Shown here piece after piece: positions 12,468 through 26,205 of a stretch of 64,000 nucleotides of DNA. The stretch comes from Octopus sinensis (lineage: Eukaryota): positions 17,484,001 through 17,548,000 of the forward strand of contig NC_043015.1 in assembly GCF_006345805.1 (NCBI RefSeq), in the 5' to 3' direction. Made by a program: the position numbers and the translations under genes. Below the pieces are notes generated by a model. It saw only the letters and a list, made by a program, of their open reading frames with translations. It did not search any database and was not told the origin of the DNA. The number at the start of each line of letters is the position of its first letter. Position 1 is the first letter of the stretch.

Positions 12468-13374
12468 GGGAAATTACTGTGTTATAGTCCGCCACTTATA
12501 CAAAAGCGCTAATTCGAATGACCGCTAATTAAGATACGGTTAAAAGTTCATAGTAAACACCTAAGCATGGCTGTTCATACGTACACATGTGCGCTCGGCA
12601 CCAACGTGCGTAAGTACACATCACTATGAAAACGAACACATCTTCACTCGCATTAATCGCCAAATGTATAGGCATATATATACAAACTCATACACACACG
12701 CGCGCACCGTAAAAGTTCATACATACGTCTACATACGCACAAGCACAAGAAAAGACAGAGTAACAATACAGAAAAAAAGACATAAGGAAGTATACAAAGA
12801 GTAAACCACATTCATATACGCACATACCCTTATGCAAGCACAGACACACACGCCCATATAGGTACATATCCGCACACGTCTATATACGCATACACACACA
12901 CTCACGCACAAAAAAGGATTATACATACGCCCAAAAAAAAAACAGGAAAAATTGTAAAATTACTGTGTAAAAACGTCTCTCTCTATATATATATGTATTC
13001 TTATGTCCACACAAACGCACACATCTATATACATACATATCCGCCCACTCGTACATGTCCACACACGCGTACAAATGAATCCATATACACGTCTATATAG
13101 GCACAAGGAAAAATGCACGATGGGAGGTAGAGTACAGAAAAAATTATTATGTGTAAAAATAATATATCTATAAACCAAATTCTCTATAATATATATATAA
13201 ATATATATGAAAAAATAAAAGTAAAAGGTATAATGAAATAAAAAAACTTTTACGTAGACATATACTTCCTTATGTCTTTTTTTCTGTATTGTTACCCCGT
13301 CTTTCCTTGTGCTTGTGCATATGTAGACGTATGTATGAACTTTTATGGTGCGCGTGTGTGTGTGTGTATGAGTT

Positions 13375-13412
<38 letters not shown>

Positions 13413-13612
13413 TATACATTTGGCGATTAATGCGAGTGAAGATGTGTACGTTTTCATAGTGATGTATACGTACGTGGGTGCGCGAGCGCGCATGTGTACG
13501 TATGAACCCTCATGCTTACGTGTTTAATATGAACATTTAACCTTATCTTAATTAGCGGTCATTCGAATTAGCGCTTTTGTATAAGTGGCAGACTATAACA
13601 CAGTAATTTCCC
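12468..13612. repeat. Large inverted repeat (about 330-350-bp arms) between a hammerhead motif and a PLE 3' end
   Basis: GGGAAATTACTGTGTTATAGTC...GGAAGTATA (12468 to about 12795) mirrors TATACTTCC...GACTATAACACAGTAATTTCCC (about 13260-13612). Confidence 0.9.
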
Positions 13613-14050
13613 AGGCGAGAGTTCGGGAAGTAAGGGTGGTGTCTAAGGGATGGTGGGTTGGAATGTGTATGGGTGGGGTAACGAGGGAGTGGATGACGAT
13701 GAAGGGAGAGGGTGGAAGGGAGAAAGTGGGTAGGAGTCAAGAGAGGAACTAGGTGCCAGAGCAAAAGAGGAGAGGTGGGTTGGAGGAATTAGGTGTGAGA
13801 GGAAGAGAGGAGAGAGGAGGAGGGTTAGATGAAGAGGGGAGGAGAGTTGGGCCCATGAGGGGCAAAGGAGCAAAGAGAGAAGATTAATCCCTGCTCACGG
13901 CAAAGACGGGAGTCCGGATGGCCCTTGTGCAAAAACAATCCGACACAGGTGTTGTAAAGAGTGACCGGTAAAGCGGAAATAGCGCGAGACCGGGATATCG
14001 TTTTCGAGTCGGATTCTCGGAGGTATTCCGTGAACCGGTCAGCCAAGCGG
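13613..14050 (-). mobile_element. PLE 3' fragment: GIY-YIG endonuclease C-terminus plus CT-rich 3' UTR
   Basis: ADRFTEYLR...VGLFLHKGHPDSRLCREQGLIFSLCSFAPHGPN, stop at 13825. Confidence 0.75.
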
Positions 14051-14142
14051 CATCCAATAAATGTATATGTATATATGTATATTATATATTATATATATAT
14101 ATATATATGCATATATACATATATATATATGTATATGTATAA

Positions 14143-14207
<65 letters not shown>

Positions 14208-14231
14208 GTGTGTGTGTGTGTGTGTGTGTGT

Positions 14232-14301
<70 letters not shown>

Positions 14302-14318
14302 TATATATATATATATGC

Positions 14319-14552
14319 ATAGAGATTCTGAATATGCAATCATTCCCGTATGACCAAGAATAAACGGAATAAAAAATGGGTGTGTAGAGATGAGCCTGAA
14401 ATAAGTGTATTGTTTGTATTATTCTTTGCTCTTCGAAACGTCAGTACTTTCCCATCCTCATTCTCCCTTAGAAAAGTCTAAAAATCATAAGTGAAATGTA
14501 ATAAAGATGAAATTGGATTCTGTCAATATTTTTGCATATTCAGAATCTCTAT
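14319..14552. repeat. 21-bp perfect inverted repeat enclosing about 190 bp
   Basis: ATAGAGATTCTGAATATGCAA (14319-14339) and TTGCATATTCAGAATCTCTAT (14532-14552). Confidence 0.8.
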
Positions 14553-15183
14553 TAAAGGTAGGAATCCGAAAAAAAATTTTCACAAAAATTCGTTTTTCAA
14601 AGAGGTGCGATTCTGCATTAGCCCCTATACCTATTGGTTGAGCCGAATGAAATGATTTAATTAAAAAAACACATTTAGTTACATTATATGGCCATGGTTT
14701 TAGATCGTTACGCTCTCGAAGACAAGTCAGGTGCTTTATCATGCTACTTGTCAATTCCGGGAAAATTATTGACTGTTCTGAGACTTACTGAACTCCGTAC
14801 ATTAAAAGACTACGTCTCACGCACGCATTGAAAATATACGCATATATATGAATACACACACAATGAAAGACAGCGAAAATTCAACATTGTAAAAAGCCTC
14901 CCAAAACTTTTGTGGCAGAAGTCAACATCTCTGAGATTAAAACAAGACACTTATTGAAAGTGAAACAAGACACTTATTTACGTCTGTAAATAGACTACAC
15001 CCAGCAGCACAGAAAGAGAAATCTATGTAGGTTAGGTTTGACGAAGAAATCGAAACATTTCTCCTGCGAAACAATACTGATGTAAGAAGATCGAACCTTA
15101 CGTTATTACAAACACTAAGCAAAACCTGTAATATATGCTCTTTAATATATTAATTTTGTTAATGTTTTAAAATGTTATTTACC

Positions 15184-18036
15184 TCATTTATAAATTAATT
15201 CAATTCTTCGATCCTTCTGGGAAAATATATCTATCACATTTTCATAGAAATCTCTTTTCATCAATTCTTGTAATAAATCTTTTTCAATTGACATTAGTGC
15301 TAACCCAGATAGTGCTAACTCCTGTCGCATTTCTTTGGTATGTTTTAATTCTACTTAATGTAGAAAAGGATCGCCCTACAGAAGCAGTGGTAGACGGAAT
15401 TGTCAAAATTAACTTGCACAGATTGAAGAGTTCTGGCATAGCTTCAACAAGATCACTGCTGTTAATGTAACTCATTAAATGACTTACACTTGGTTTTTTA
15501 AAAATCTTTCATTGAATACATCACATTGAGCTCACTTTGTAATCGTATTACATCAACAAATCTGCCATAAGTTGTTCTTAAAGAATCTAAAGAGTCCACG
15601 GGAAATTGTTGAAATTCAAAAGTTCCATGAATTTAAACTCTTCTAATGATGAATATCGTGCTTTTACTTGGTCAACTATTGTACTGATAATTTTGTTATA
15701 AAGCATTCTATAATGTCGTTGGGGATCAATAGATATATTCTTGGATCTCTGAATTCCGATTCCTGCATCGACTCCATATTTTTCCCCTAACCTATCATAA
15801 AAGATTGAAAAATTATCAAGTTTGTTTTCGAGTACAGTCTAATCTATTTCGAGTACAGCTTAATCTATTTGCTCTTTACAATACACTACGTCATGACTTT
15901 TACTCTGGAGTATGTTAAATAAGACGTCAGTAAAAGAAAAAAATGTCACTGAATACTTCTAACAAAAATAAGAAATCAGGAGCTTTTAAAGTGTGTAAGA
16001 ATCCAATTGCTGAATTTATGGTGGTATCATCCCATGCTTCAGGATTTTCAATGATGTGTTCAAAAAGGCTGATTATGAAATTATAATTTTCCTTTGTGGT
16101 AATAATAAGACGTGAGGAGTAATTCCATCTAGTTGCTGTTGCTTTCGGAAATCTTTTTTTAACAATGTTATCTAATGCATTCGCCCTTTTCGGTGATTTC
16201 GTAAAAAATGTACCGAGTCCGTTTATTGTAGAAAAAAATATCTTGCATTCCTTCATAGCAGAGCATGATTGTGAAAGAACTAAATTTAGGATATGGGCAC
16301 AACAATGAATAAAGATCGCGCATTCATATTTCTTTCTTACTTTTGCCTGTAACCCATTTAGTTGTCCTGCCATTGTAGCAGCACCATCATATGTCTGTGC
16401 AGTCAATTTGTATCCACATTCCCACGTCTCAATGCATTTAAAAACACGTTCAGATAAAGTATTTGCAGATCGATCTGCACTAACATCACTAAAACCGATA
16501 AATCGTTCTTTCGTCACACAGTCTTCTGTAACATAACGTAAAACTGTTGACAGTTGTGAAGATGCTGAGACATCAGATGTCTCATCAACAAGAATAGAAA
16601 CAAACTTAGCTTCTGCATCTCATTCAGCATAACTTTATGAATTGCTTCGATCAAGTCATTTTGAATTCTGTTCGACAGACCAGTGAAGATAGAAGCTGTA
16701 TCTAGATGACTTTCATTTTTTTGTCATATTTACTGATCAAATAAACGAGTTCTTTATAATTTCCACGATTATTAGAGCCGTCAGATTCAAAATGACGCCG
16801 AAACGATAATTCCTGGAGGCCTAAAAAATAACAACATCGATCAATCGTTGCAGAATGGATCTGTTTCGTCGAACTTTCTCATTATGATGTTGTATGCTTT
16901 GATTTTTACGTGCATCTAATTGTAAGTCTATGCGAACATACCCGAATATTTTAAGATCTATCAAACATTTTATATGTCTTGAGAACGCTCGTGCTTTAGC
17001 ATAGCCTATGTAATATTATTTAAATCATCCTAGCCTATCATCCAAAATTTTTTTCTAAGCCAAAAAGTAAACACGGCCAACAGAATAATTATTAAGAGCA
17101 ACACTTCCAGTTAACCATTTTCTTTTCATATGAATTAACCTGAAATTGTCTCGTGAATTTCTTGTTGTAGCTTCGCAAATTAGGTAAATTCGGTGTTGGT
17201 CTCCCAACATTCATAATTAATTATTTTCCATCAAAGTCTCTTTTCGAAAAACTATTTCTCAAAATATCGTTTATAACACACATTTCACTCATTTTGAAAA
17301 AGGCGTAAATTGTAAGTCAATTTCAACAAAACGGAAAAATACCCTTTGTTAAATTAATTTAAGATTAATTAGCTATTTCTGAAATAAGAAATATAATATA
17401 GATTATATTTTTGTTTTCAAAACACTTCAAAAATATAATAGTGCAAACGGATGTTTTGGATAAAAAATTTCAAAGTTACATGCCAAGCTATTCCAACATT
17501 TCAGCTGGCTAACTCAAGAATTATGGGCTTGCTCTTGTTCCGGTCAAAAGTGGAACCAGATTAGCAACAATTCTACACTAACCAATAGACAGAGAGGCGT
17601 GTCATGCGGTCTTCTCAAAGCATGACATGCCACAATGAATTTGTCGAATCACTGAGAGAGAAGAAGGGGGTACAAACTATTATGAATGACCATTCCTCCT
17701 AGCATATCTTTTAAACAAGTCACTAAGAGAGATAGGAAGGAGGGACAAACTAACAAAGAGAGAGAGAGGGGTGTCATATGGTCGTCTCAAAGCATGACAG
17801 GCCACAATGAATTTATCGACTCACTAAGAGAGAGCGAGAGATGAAGGAAGGACAAACTAATACAGACAGAGAGGGAGAGTGTGTCATGCGATCTTCTCAA
17901 AGCATTTCGCAAAGCAGAAGTACGAGTCAATGAGAGAGGGGGAGACAAAATATTTCGAAAACAACTGGACGGATTTTCTTTGAAACAAAGAAGGCATGCA
18001 GCGCATACCTTGCATACCTGAGAGTGCACGCCCCTG
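15184..18036 (-). mobile_element. hAT DNA transposon (ZMYM1-like/DUF4371 transposase), defective; 5' TIR present, 3' TIR not found
   Basis: The minus-strand terminus CAGGGGCGTGCAC lies at 18036, with three subterminal repeats at about 17600-17905. The CDS relic at 15184-17292 contains LFCWPCLLF, VDETSDVS, QTYDGAATMAG, IHCCAHILNL and the dimerisation motif LTIPSTTASVGRSFSTLSRIKT. Confidence 0.9.
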
Positions 18037-18088
18037 GTATATGTATATATATATATATGTATATATTATATATATATATATGCATATA

Positions 18089-18146
<58 letters not shown>

Positions 18147-18407
18147 ATATATATATGAATAAATGAAAGAATGGAGTCGAACGAAGATGTTAACAAAATT
18201 CCTTTACTCTCGACACATGTTTCGAAGACAGCATTTTCTCATTCCAAGGAATAAAGGGTGCATTATGCAATCTTCTCATCAGGAAAGAAAGGGAGACTCT
18301 CTCGACAACAAGACAAACAAAAATTTCGATGATTGCCTACATGGTAAATAAAGCGATAACTAATTTTCCATGCTGACGATAAACATAGAATAATTCATTC
18401 CCCTACT

Positions 18408-18503
<96 letters not shown>

Positions 18504-18523
18504 TGTATGTATGTATATATATG

Positions 18524-18585
<62 letters not shown>

Positions 18586-18609
18586 TCTGACTGACTTGGA
18601 TAACCAATT

Positions 18610-21070
18610 CCTGGATTTTTACACCTAAGGATTACTGTTACCATTCATCCAGAGTACGCCACTGTAATCGTGATTGGAAATCAAAAAAATTTTTCCGTGA
18701 CTCTTCCACTTTTCCCGTCCTCTTTTTACCTTTCTTCTTCTACTTCCACTTTTCTACTTGTGTCGCCACCATTTACACCTACACAGACACTCACACCCTC
18801 TCACCATGCCTGACCTGCACTCCTTCCTCCAAAACCTTCAATCCTTTCTTTGCCGTTTTCTTGCCTCACCCCAATGCTTGCAACCCGCAAAAAACTCTCA
18901 CTTTTTAAAAAAACTCGCCACTTTAGCCATCTCTCCTTTCTTAGCTGTTGCCTCCGCCATCACGTCACACCCCGTGGCTTCCTCTTGAATTTCCACACCA
19001 CCCCCTATTCCTCCCCTTCATCGAACCCACCCTCGCCCGCACTTCCCGCCTCCTCATCCGTGCCACCATCCGTTCCACCCGCTCCCTCCTTCACTCTCTT
19101 GACCACCAACCTCCCCAGGCTTACCTCCTCCCTCTGCCCTCCACCCTTCACCCAACCCATTGTCCGCTTCATTCTTAATCTCAAAAACCAACTCCACAAT
19201 TTTCTCACACACACAAAACAAAAAACTCCACCACCTCCTCAACCCTTCACCTCCTTCCCTCCCACACCCCTACACCCTCCCCTCCAGCTCCCTCGATTTC
19301 CTTCAATCCCGCACCCACCACGCCCTTTACCCCTGCACCCTCCACAGACCCACACACACCCCACCCTGACTTTCCCACCCTTAACCCATCTTCACCAACC
19401 ATTCCAACTCTCCTCCCCACACCTCAGCACCCCCTCTTCCTGACCTCACTCACCCCACCACTCTGCTCCCTCGTACTGTTGTCCCTATACCACCCAACCT
19501 CCCCCTCTCCGCTTCCGAGCGCTTACTCCTCGGTAGAGGACTCCGCTTCACGCCTCTCACGCCCCACTGCGACGAATTTGAGACTCGCACCGACGTCAGC
19601 CAGTTCCTGCGCCGCATCAAACTATGCGCGTTTTTCCACACGTCCACACAACGTCACGAGAATCGGGATTGCGTTTCGGAGCTGGAGCGCCGCCCATCCA
19701 ACTGCACGCCGCCTCCAGGCCAATTCTGTAGCCTAGATTTGTTCGTGCACGACTGCAATGCGTTGGTCAGCCGATTCAATTTCAAAAAAAGATCTCTCCG
19801 AGTCAACCTCACCCGTACTGAATCGTTTACCCTTCGCAACCTCCGTTGCCGCGACGACATTGTCATCAAACCGGCAGACAAAGGCGGAGCAGTGGTGGTG
19901 TGGCGCGCGGACCTATACAGAGAGGAAGCGCTCAGCCAGCTTCAAAATCCCCTCTTCTATCGCCTCCTCTCCTTGACCTCACCTCCTCCTACCAACAGCG
20001 AGTGTCCTCCACCATCTATGACCTCATCTCCTCTTCTGATCTCCCCCCACCGCCACCAACCTCATCGTCCGAACACCATCTATTTCCTTCCCAAAATACA
20101 TAAACCCAACAACCCTGGCTGCCCCATCGTTTCTGCTTGTAATTGTCCCACCGAACTCATTTCCAAATACCTTGACCGCATCCTGTCCCCTTTAGTCGCT
20201 GCCCTCCCATCCCACATACACGACACTAATGACACCCTTCGTCTCTTCAATTCCTTTTCCTTCATTCCCAACCTCTCACACCTTCTCTTCACCTTGGACA
20301 TCAAATCCCTATACACTGTGGATCCCCCACAACGACGGTCTCTTAGCCTTCCAATACTTCCTCGACCGTCGCCCTGGCCCCACACCCAGCACCCCCACCC
20401 TTCTCCGCCTGGCAGAGCTCGTCCTCACCCTCAACCGCTTTACGTTCGCCGGGGAAACCTACCAACAGGTGTCTGAGGTTGCTTTGGGAACGAGAATGGG
20501 CTCCAATTTCGCCAACCTCTTTGTTGGCCACATTGAGGCCCAAGCATTCTCTCAATTCTCCGGGCCGACCCCAGAGTTATACGGTCGCTACATAGACGAC
20601 TGTATAGGTGCCACCGCCCTCTCCCGTGAGCAACTCTGCCACTTCATCTCTTTCCTCTCTAACTTCCACCCTTCTCTCCAATTCACTTCTACTATCCCTG
20701 ACACCTCTGTCAACTTCCTCGACATCTCTCTTACCATTGACCACCCCTCCCACTCTTTCACCACCTCCGCCTTCTTCAAACCCATCTCTACCTCAACTTC
20801 TCCTCCTCCCATCCCTTCCAGACCAAACGGTCCATCCCCTACTCCCAATCCCTCCGTCTCCGACGCTTGTGTAGCTGTGACCAGGATTTTGAGACCCTGT
20901 TACAATACCTGGCCCGCCTGTTCAGGCATCGAGGATACCCCCAACCCTTGTCCAGAACGCCCTTGCCCGCGCTCATCGAATCGCCCGCACCACCGCTCTC
21001 TCCTTCCTCTCATCAACCCCCTAACCGCACCCCCTTTCCCCTCCTTTTCCACCCCTCCACTCTGCTCCTT
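18610..21070 (+). mobile_element. Penelope-like element (Poseidon-like), RT region, many indels, 3' truncated
   Basis: CLRHHVTPRGFLLNFH, IVIKPADKGGAVVVW, YFLPKIHK, LDIKSLYT/IPHNDGL, VALGTRMGSNFANLFVG and YGRYIDD across shifting frames. Confidence 0.9.
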
Positions 21071-21071
21071 C

Positions 21072-21191
21072 GTTAGACCTAATATTTACTAACTTTGGAG
21101 AAAAAAAGAAAAAATTGAATGAATCTGAATATATTGAATTATAATTTTTATTCTTTTTTTTTCTCCAAAGTTAGTAAATATTAGGTCTAAC
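21072..21191. repeat. Short fold-back inverted repeat (about 36-bp perfect arms) at the PLE truncation point
   Basis: GTTAGACCTAATATTTACTAACTTTGGAG / CTCCAAAGTTAGTAAATATTAGGTCTAAC. Confidence 0.9.
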
Positions 21192-21263
21192 ATTTTCTTT
21201 TAATTCAACTTATTACAATAATCACCACTTACTAGCTAATTATGATTATATATTAATGGAAAT

Positions 21264-21326
<63 letters not shown>

Positions 21327-22373
21327 ATATTTATATAAATATGAAACGATTTCTATATTTTCTATTACTATATAAGATACAAATATTTATTGAAATCATT
21401 TAGCTAATTGTCTGAGGGTATTTGCTTAGGTTTCTAGATGTAAAATCTGGATGTCAAGTGGTAGTAGTCATTAAAACCTCTAGGACATTAATAGTCTATC
21501 TTCCCCAACCACTTTAACTTCAACATGAAAAATTTCTGTCATTTGTTCTACCCCTTCCTATATCTATAAATAGAAAAAAAATTCTTTGTCTCCATCCAAC
21601 CAAATATCCCTCCCTCCCCACTAACAGATCTAAATAACTAAGTATAAAATCTACAGTCAGGGAGTAAATCTTAATACTATCATGTCCATACGAATCGAAT
21701 CAACCTCTCTGTCTGTATATCTACCCTCTTTATAATGTTGGCAAACGAAATGAAAATAAGAATATGTATTGTCCGTTTGATGGAAGACTTCTATAAATGG
21801 CTGAAGATTGCTCAACATTTTAAAACTGATGTAATACTTACAATGTTTAATAAAATGAAGTAGCATGAAACGATTGTACCAAATTACCTAAGATATACTT
21901 GTTACTTATTTTGATGATAATCACCCCATGGATTTATATGGATAATACCATACAAAATTCTGGTGCCTCTGACTTAAGTACCTTCCCCTCCCCTACTCCA
22001 TATTCCCTATCCTTCCCATCCCCCCACCCCTATCCCACACGCCTCCCCCACCTCTCCACAATATCACACCACACCACACTACACCATACAACATTACACA
22101 ACACATCACAACACACCCATCCCCACATCTTCACACCTACACATACATACACACACACGTCCAGACCACCAGCCCTCTTTCACACGCACATACATACTCT
22201 CTTATACACACACGCACCTTTGTTTTGGGGGCTCCTTCGCGTTGGAGGTCATCTTGACCTTGTTATCTCCCCTACTTTCCCCCTCCTGTCTGACCATTTT
22301 GTCCGAGTCAGACGCCATGATAGATCGTTAGCCACTACACACATTTTTTTCTCACCTTGTTTTTTCTGTGCAC

Positions 22374-22409
22374 CTTTCTGTAGAAGAGCGTAGGCTCGAA
22401 ACGTAAAAG
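22374..22409 (+). ncRNA. Minimal hammerhead-like motif (PLE end), variant core CUGUAGA
   Basis: CUUU CUGUAGA A GAGC-GUAG-GCUC GAA ACGU A AAAG: perfect 4-bp stems I and II, ACGU palindrome, GUA site. Confidence 0.6.
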
Positions 22410-22499
22410 ACTTTTTCTATTCCTGAGCACTATACTAATACATCTGTTTGTTTTGTACACCACCTGTCTTCGTCTTTTGTTTATTTTCGTAAACTTTCC

Positions 22500-22555
<56 letters not shown>

Positions 22556-22689
22556 TTATATATCTGTGTATGTTTAAGAATATATGTGTGTATACATATA
22601 TATGTGTGTGTGTGTATGTATGTATATATGTTTGTATATATATATATATATATTTGGATAAGTATTTTTGAAATCTCCCTACTGCATCC

Positions 22690-24700
22690 GGGTTGAGAGA
22701 TTTCAGTGTGTTGTCTGTGTTTTGTGTCTCATGCATGATTTTTATGTGTTGTGGTGGTGTTGTGCGTGGATAATTGTTTGCTTTGACATTGTCTCCTTTT
22801 ATGTCGGTGTCAGGCTTAATGTATTACATTAAGTCTGAATTGTTTGTGTTTATTGCTGTCAGCATTGTGGATTCCTTGTGTGTTTCTGTGTTTGTGTTAA
22901 TGCTTTTATTTTCTGCGGGTGTTTTGGTTTCGTGAGTGGTAAACCTCCCTGCTTTGTTTGTTTGCTTCTCTATTCTTTTTCTCCTTCCCCCTGTGGCCAC
23001 ATGCCATTCCTCTGTGTCGCCTTCATCGGACGACATGTCGGTGGAATCAGAACGTGGGAGAGGAAAGGGTATTAGGGTCTATTTCTGCGAGTGTTAATGT
23101 TGACTTTGTTGTTGGAGTTGGTGCTGGTTTGTGAGTTGGGATGGGATATGAGCCCTTTTGTTTTTCTCTCTTTCGTTTAGTGCTTCTATAATTGTTGTTG
23201 GTGATGGTGTTGTTTTTGTTCTTTGTGACGCTGATGGTCGTGTTGTTTGGTTGGGCTGGTTTGTTGGTTGCTGATGCTCTTTCATTTATTGGTAGTGCTG
23301 TTTTATCAGCTGTGCATATGACTGTGTGGGTAGTAATGCTGGTTTTTCGGTAATTTTTCAGAGTAACATCCGCACGATTTTCACTAAGAAAAAAAATCGA
23401 TTTTTTGCGTGGAATCAAGTACCCTGACCCCCTAATTTGCTGCAAATTCCTTATTTTGGTTCGGAAAAGGGGACGAAATGGGGAGACCCCCGTCCCGGAA
23501 TCATTGGAATTTCTTTTTTCGTTGAATGAATTCCTGTGACATCCTAATATGCTACAAAACCCTTTTTAGGGTCCGAAAAACGGAGTGGGGTGAGGTGGAA
23601 GCCTCGGAAATTTCACCCACCCCCATTGATCTTTTCAGGGTTAGTGTTTCAGGATTAGGGTTAGGGTTAGGGAAATCCGTTCCGGATTCATTTGAAATCT
23701 TGCTGGGGAAAATATCAACGGGAGTGAGAGTGGGTGAAATTTCCGAGGCTTCCACCTCACCTCACTCCATTTTTCGGACCCCAAAAAGGGTTTTGTAGCA
23801 TATTAGGATGTCACAGGAATTCATTCAACGAAAAAAGAAATTCCAATGATTACGGGACGGGGAGGGGTCTCCCCCTTCTCCCCCACCCCACCCTTTCTGA
23901 ACCAAAATAAGGGATTTGCAGAATATTAAGAGGTCAGGGTACTTGATTCCACGCAAAAAATCCGAGTTTTTTTTTCCTTAGTGAAAACTGTGCGGGTGTT
24001 ATTCCGAAAAATTATCGTATTTTCTTTGGTTTTTTGTTTTCTTGTTATTGTGGTTGTTTTTGTTGTTGTTGTTTCATCATCATCATCATCTCTTCTTCTT
24101 CTTCTTCTTCTTCTTCTTCTTCTTCTTCTTCTTCTTCTTCTTCTTGTTTTTGTTGCTGTTGCTTCTAGCATATTTGGCAACCAACTTTTTAGTGATTTTT
24201 ACGCGTGGTTTTCTGCCTTCAACGGCGACATGTAAATTGGTACCATCTGACAGTTTCATCAAATCTATATTTTCAATTGTATCTTGATTTGCTTGAATCA
24301 AGATTCCGAAAGACTGGCCTATTCAGTTCTGTTGATCTAGGACGGCAATTTCTAAGATGTTAATAACTTCTTCAAAATTGTAGCAGCCATTGTGCTTCAC
24401 TTTCAGGGGGCACATATTTGAGTTTTATTCTTGTGTCCCTACGCCCTAAGTACGTAGGGATCATTAGTATTTCTTTAGATTGAAGTAATTCAGTAGAAAA
24501 AAAAACTTTGGTTTGCTCTTCTGAGTCAAACCTAACTTCGACTGTGGCATTCTTTTACTCCTTATAATGTATTTTTTGTGTGCCTATATGGTCCTTAAAC
24601 ATTTTTCGATTATTTGCTGATTTATGTTTTCGAGTTTCCTCGTATTTAAATTGATTGTCTTGTATATAATTGTTGGGTTTTTTTTTTTGTTAATGTTTTC
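22690..24700 (-). pseudogene. ORF1-like relic of a Tx1/L1-like LINE, interrupted by a fold-back element
   Basis: IPTYLGRRDTRIKLKYVPPE and LMKLSDGTNLHVAVEGRKPR; homologous by eye to 57459-57671, which lies upstream of a Tx1-like ORF2. Confidence 0.55.
23348..24017. mobile_element. Fold-back (MITE-like) element with about 280-bp imperfect arms and central (TTAGGG)3
   Basis: The arms are reverse complements (e.g. GTGAGGTGGAAGCCTCGGAAATTTCACCCAC / GTGGGTGAAATTTCCGAGGCTTCCACCTCAC). TTAGGG x3 lies at 23655-23672. No TSD identified. Confidence 0.75.
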
Positions 24701-25089
24701 TAAAATGTGCTGCGGTATGTTTAGGTTTATTATGTAAGATAAAAAGTGTCTTGGTTCCATTAACTGTTGTAGCATAAGAAAAACAACTCATTTTCATGAC
24801 AGATTGAAAAAAACATTTTTTTAATGAAATTTTAAAAATGAAAATACACCCGCAGAGTGGGGATTTTCGGAAAACTGATTCGATTACACGAAAGCTGATG
24901 TTAACCAACTCTTATCAAAAATTCAATATAAACAAACATTCATAGATGTGAGAAATCGTTCAGACTTACGTAGACGAAGCGACAACAGTCGAAAGAGAGA
25001 GATTGCCTGCCTGCGTGCCCGCCTGCCTGCCCGGCAATTTTTTCTGATAAAACCAAGAACTTATACCTTGTAGACAACAGCACATACTC

Positions 25090-26205
25090 ACAACTCCTAC
25101 ATAACAATGTTATTAGTAATTACACTAAAGCTAGGCTGCAAGTTTATAACATTAAAAAAGAAGCTAGTGTTGCCGCCGCTAGGTTTAAATTAGATTTTTA
25201 AAATAGCGATCCTTCCAAAAAAAATGTGGCCTTTATAACTATTAAGGACCATAAAAAGAACTTCCTATCTAATCCTAAATGCAGACTAATTAACCCTGCA
25301 AAATCAGAAATTGGTATAATTAGTAAAGAATTTTTTAGTACAGTGGTCCAATAGTATAGAAGTTGTTAACAGGTTTAAAGCAATTAGAAATAAGACTAAA
25401 GCAATATTTACACAATTTGATATTATAGATTTCTACGCATCTATTTCTAGAAAACTGCTAGATAAAGCCCTCACTTTCGCAAGCGATTTTACAGAGATTA
25501 GTGAACAAGATAAGGATATAATCCTCCATGCAAGAAAGACCTTACTCTTCAGCGAGAACACAGAGTGGTTCAAGACGGCAGATACATAGGGTTCTTTCGA
25601 TGTGAGCATGGGGTCATATGATGGAACATGCATATGCAATCTCATTCGGCTATTCCTGCTTGACACGTTAGGAAAAGCTTTTCCTGGTGTATATTTCGCT
25701 ATTTATAGGGACGATGTTCTAGTCTTGCTAAGAATACCAATGGACCAGCGCAAGATTGGTTAAGGAAGGATATTATCCATGTTGTCAATTTCCTTGACGT
25801 ATCTCTAGATTTACAAAAGAATATTTACAAACCCTATAGAAAGCCCAACGATAGACTTAGTTATACTAATGTAGGTTCCTGCCACCCGCCATAGTGTTTA
25901 AGAATTTAGTTAAGAGTATTAGTAGGAGAATTTCTGACTTCTCCGCCAATATAAATATATTTAATAATGCTGCCCCACAATATAACAATGCCCTTAAAGA
26001 TAGTAGATTTACACACCTACTATTAAGCCAGAAATAAAGACAAGAAAGCATAGACACAAGAAGATTATCTGGTTCACACACACCCGAAGTGACCATTAAT
26101 ATAGTAAATATTTCTTGTCACTTATAGATAGACATTTTCCAATATATCACAAATATAGAAAACTCTTAATAGGCATAACCTAAAAATTAGTTTTAGTTCA
26201 GCCCC
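25090..26205 (+). mobile_element. Neptune-like PLE RT/thumb relic; its GIY-YIG part resumes at about 28900-29050
   Basis: KDHKKNFLSNPKCRLINPAKSEIGIISK, FDIIDFYASIS, MGSYDG, YRDD, NFLDVSL, KISFSSAPN; after the RTE: IIYEAAV..KIYVG..RFNNHNLSF. Confidence 0.85.

Noticed and set aside
14415-14447. GAAACGTC with possible stem I GTATT/AGTAC
   Set aside because: The CUGANGA box and stem II are absent, so at most it is a relic.
17598-17905. CRISPR-like spaced repeats
   Set aside because: The repeats are long, diverged and irregularly spaced; they are subterminal repeats of the hAT element in eukaryotic DNA.
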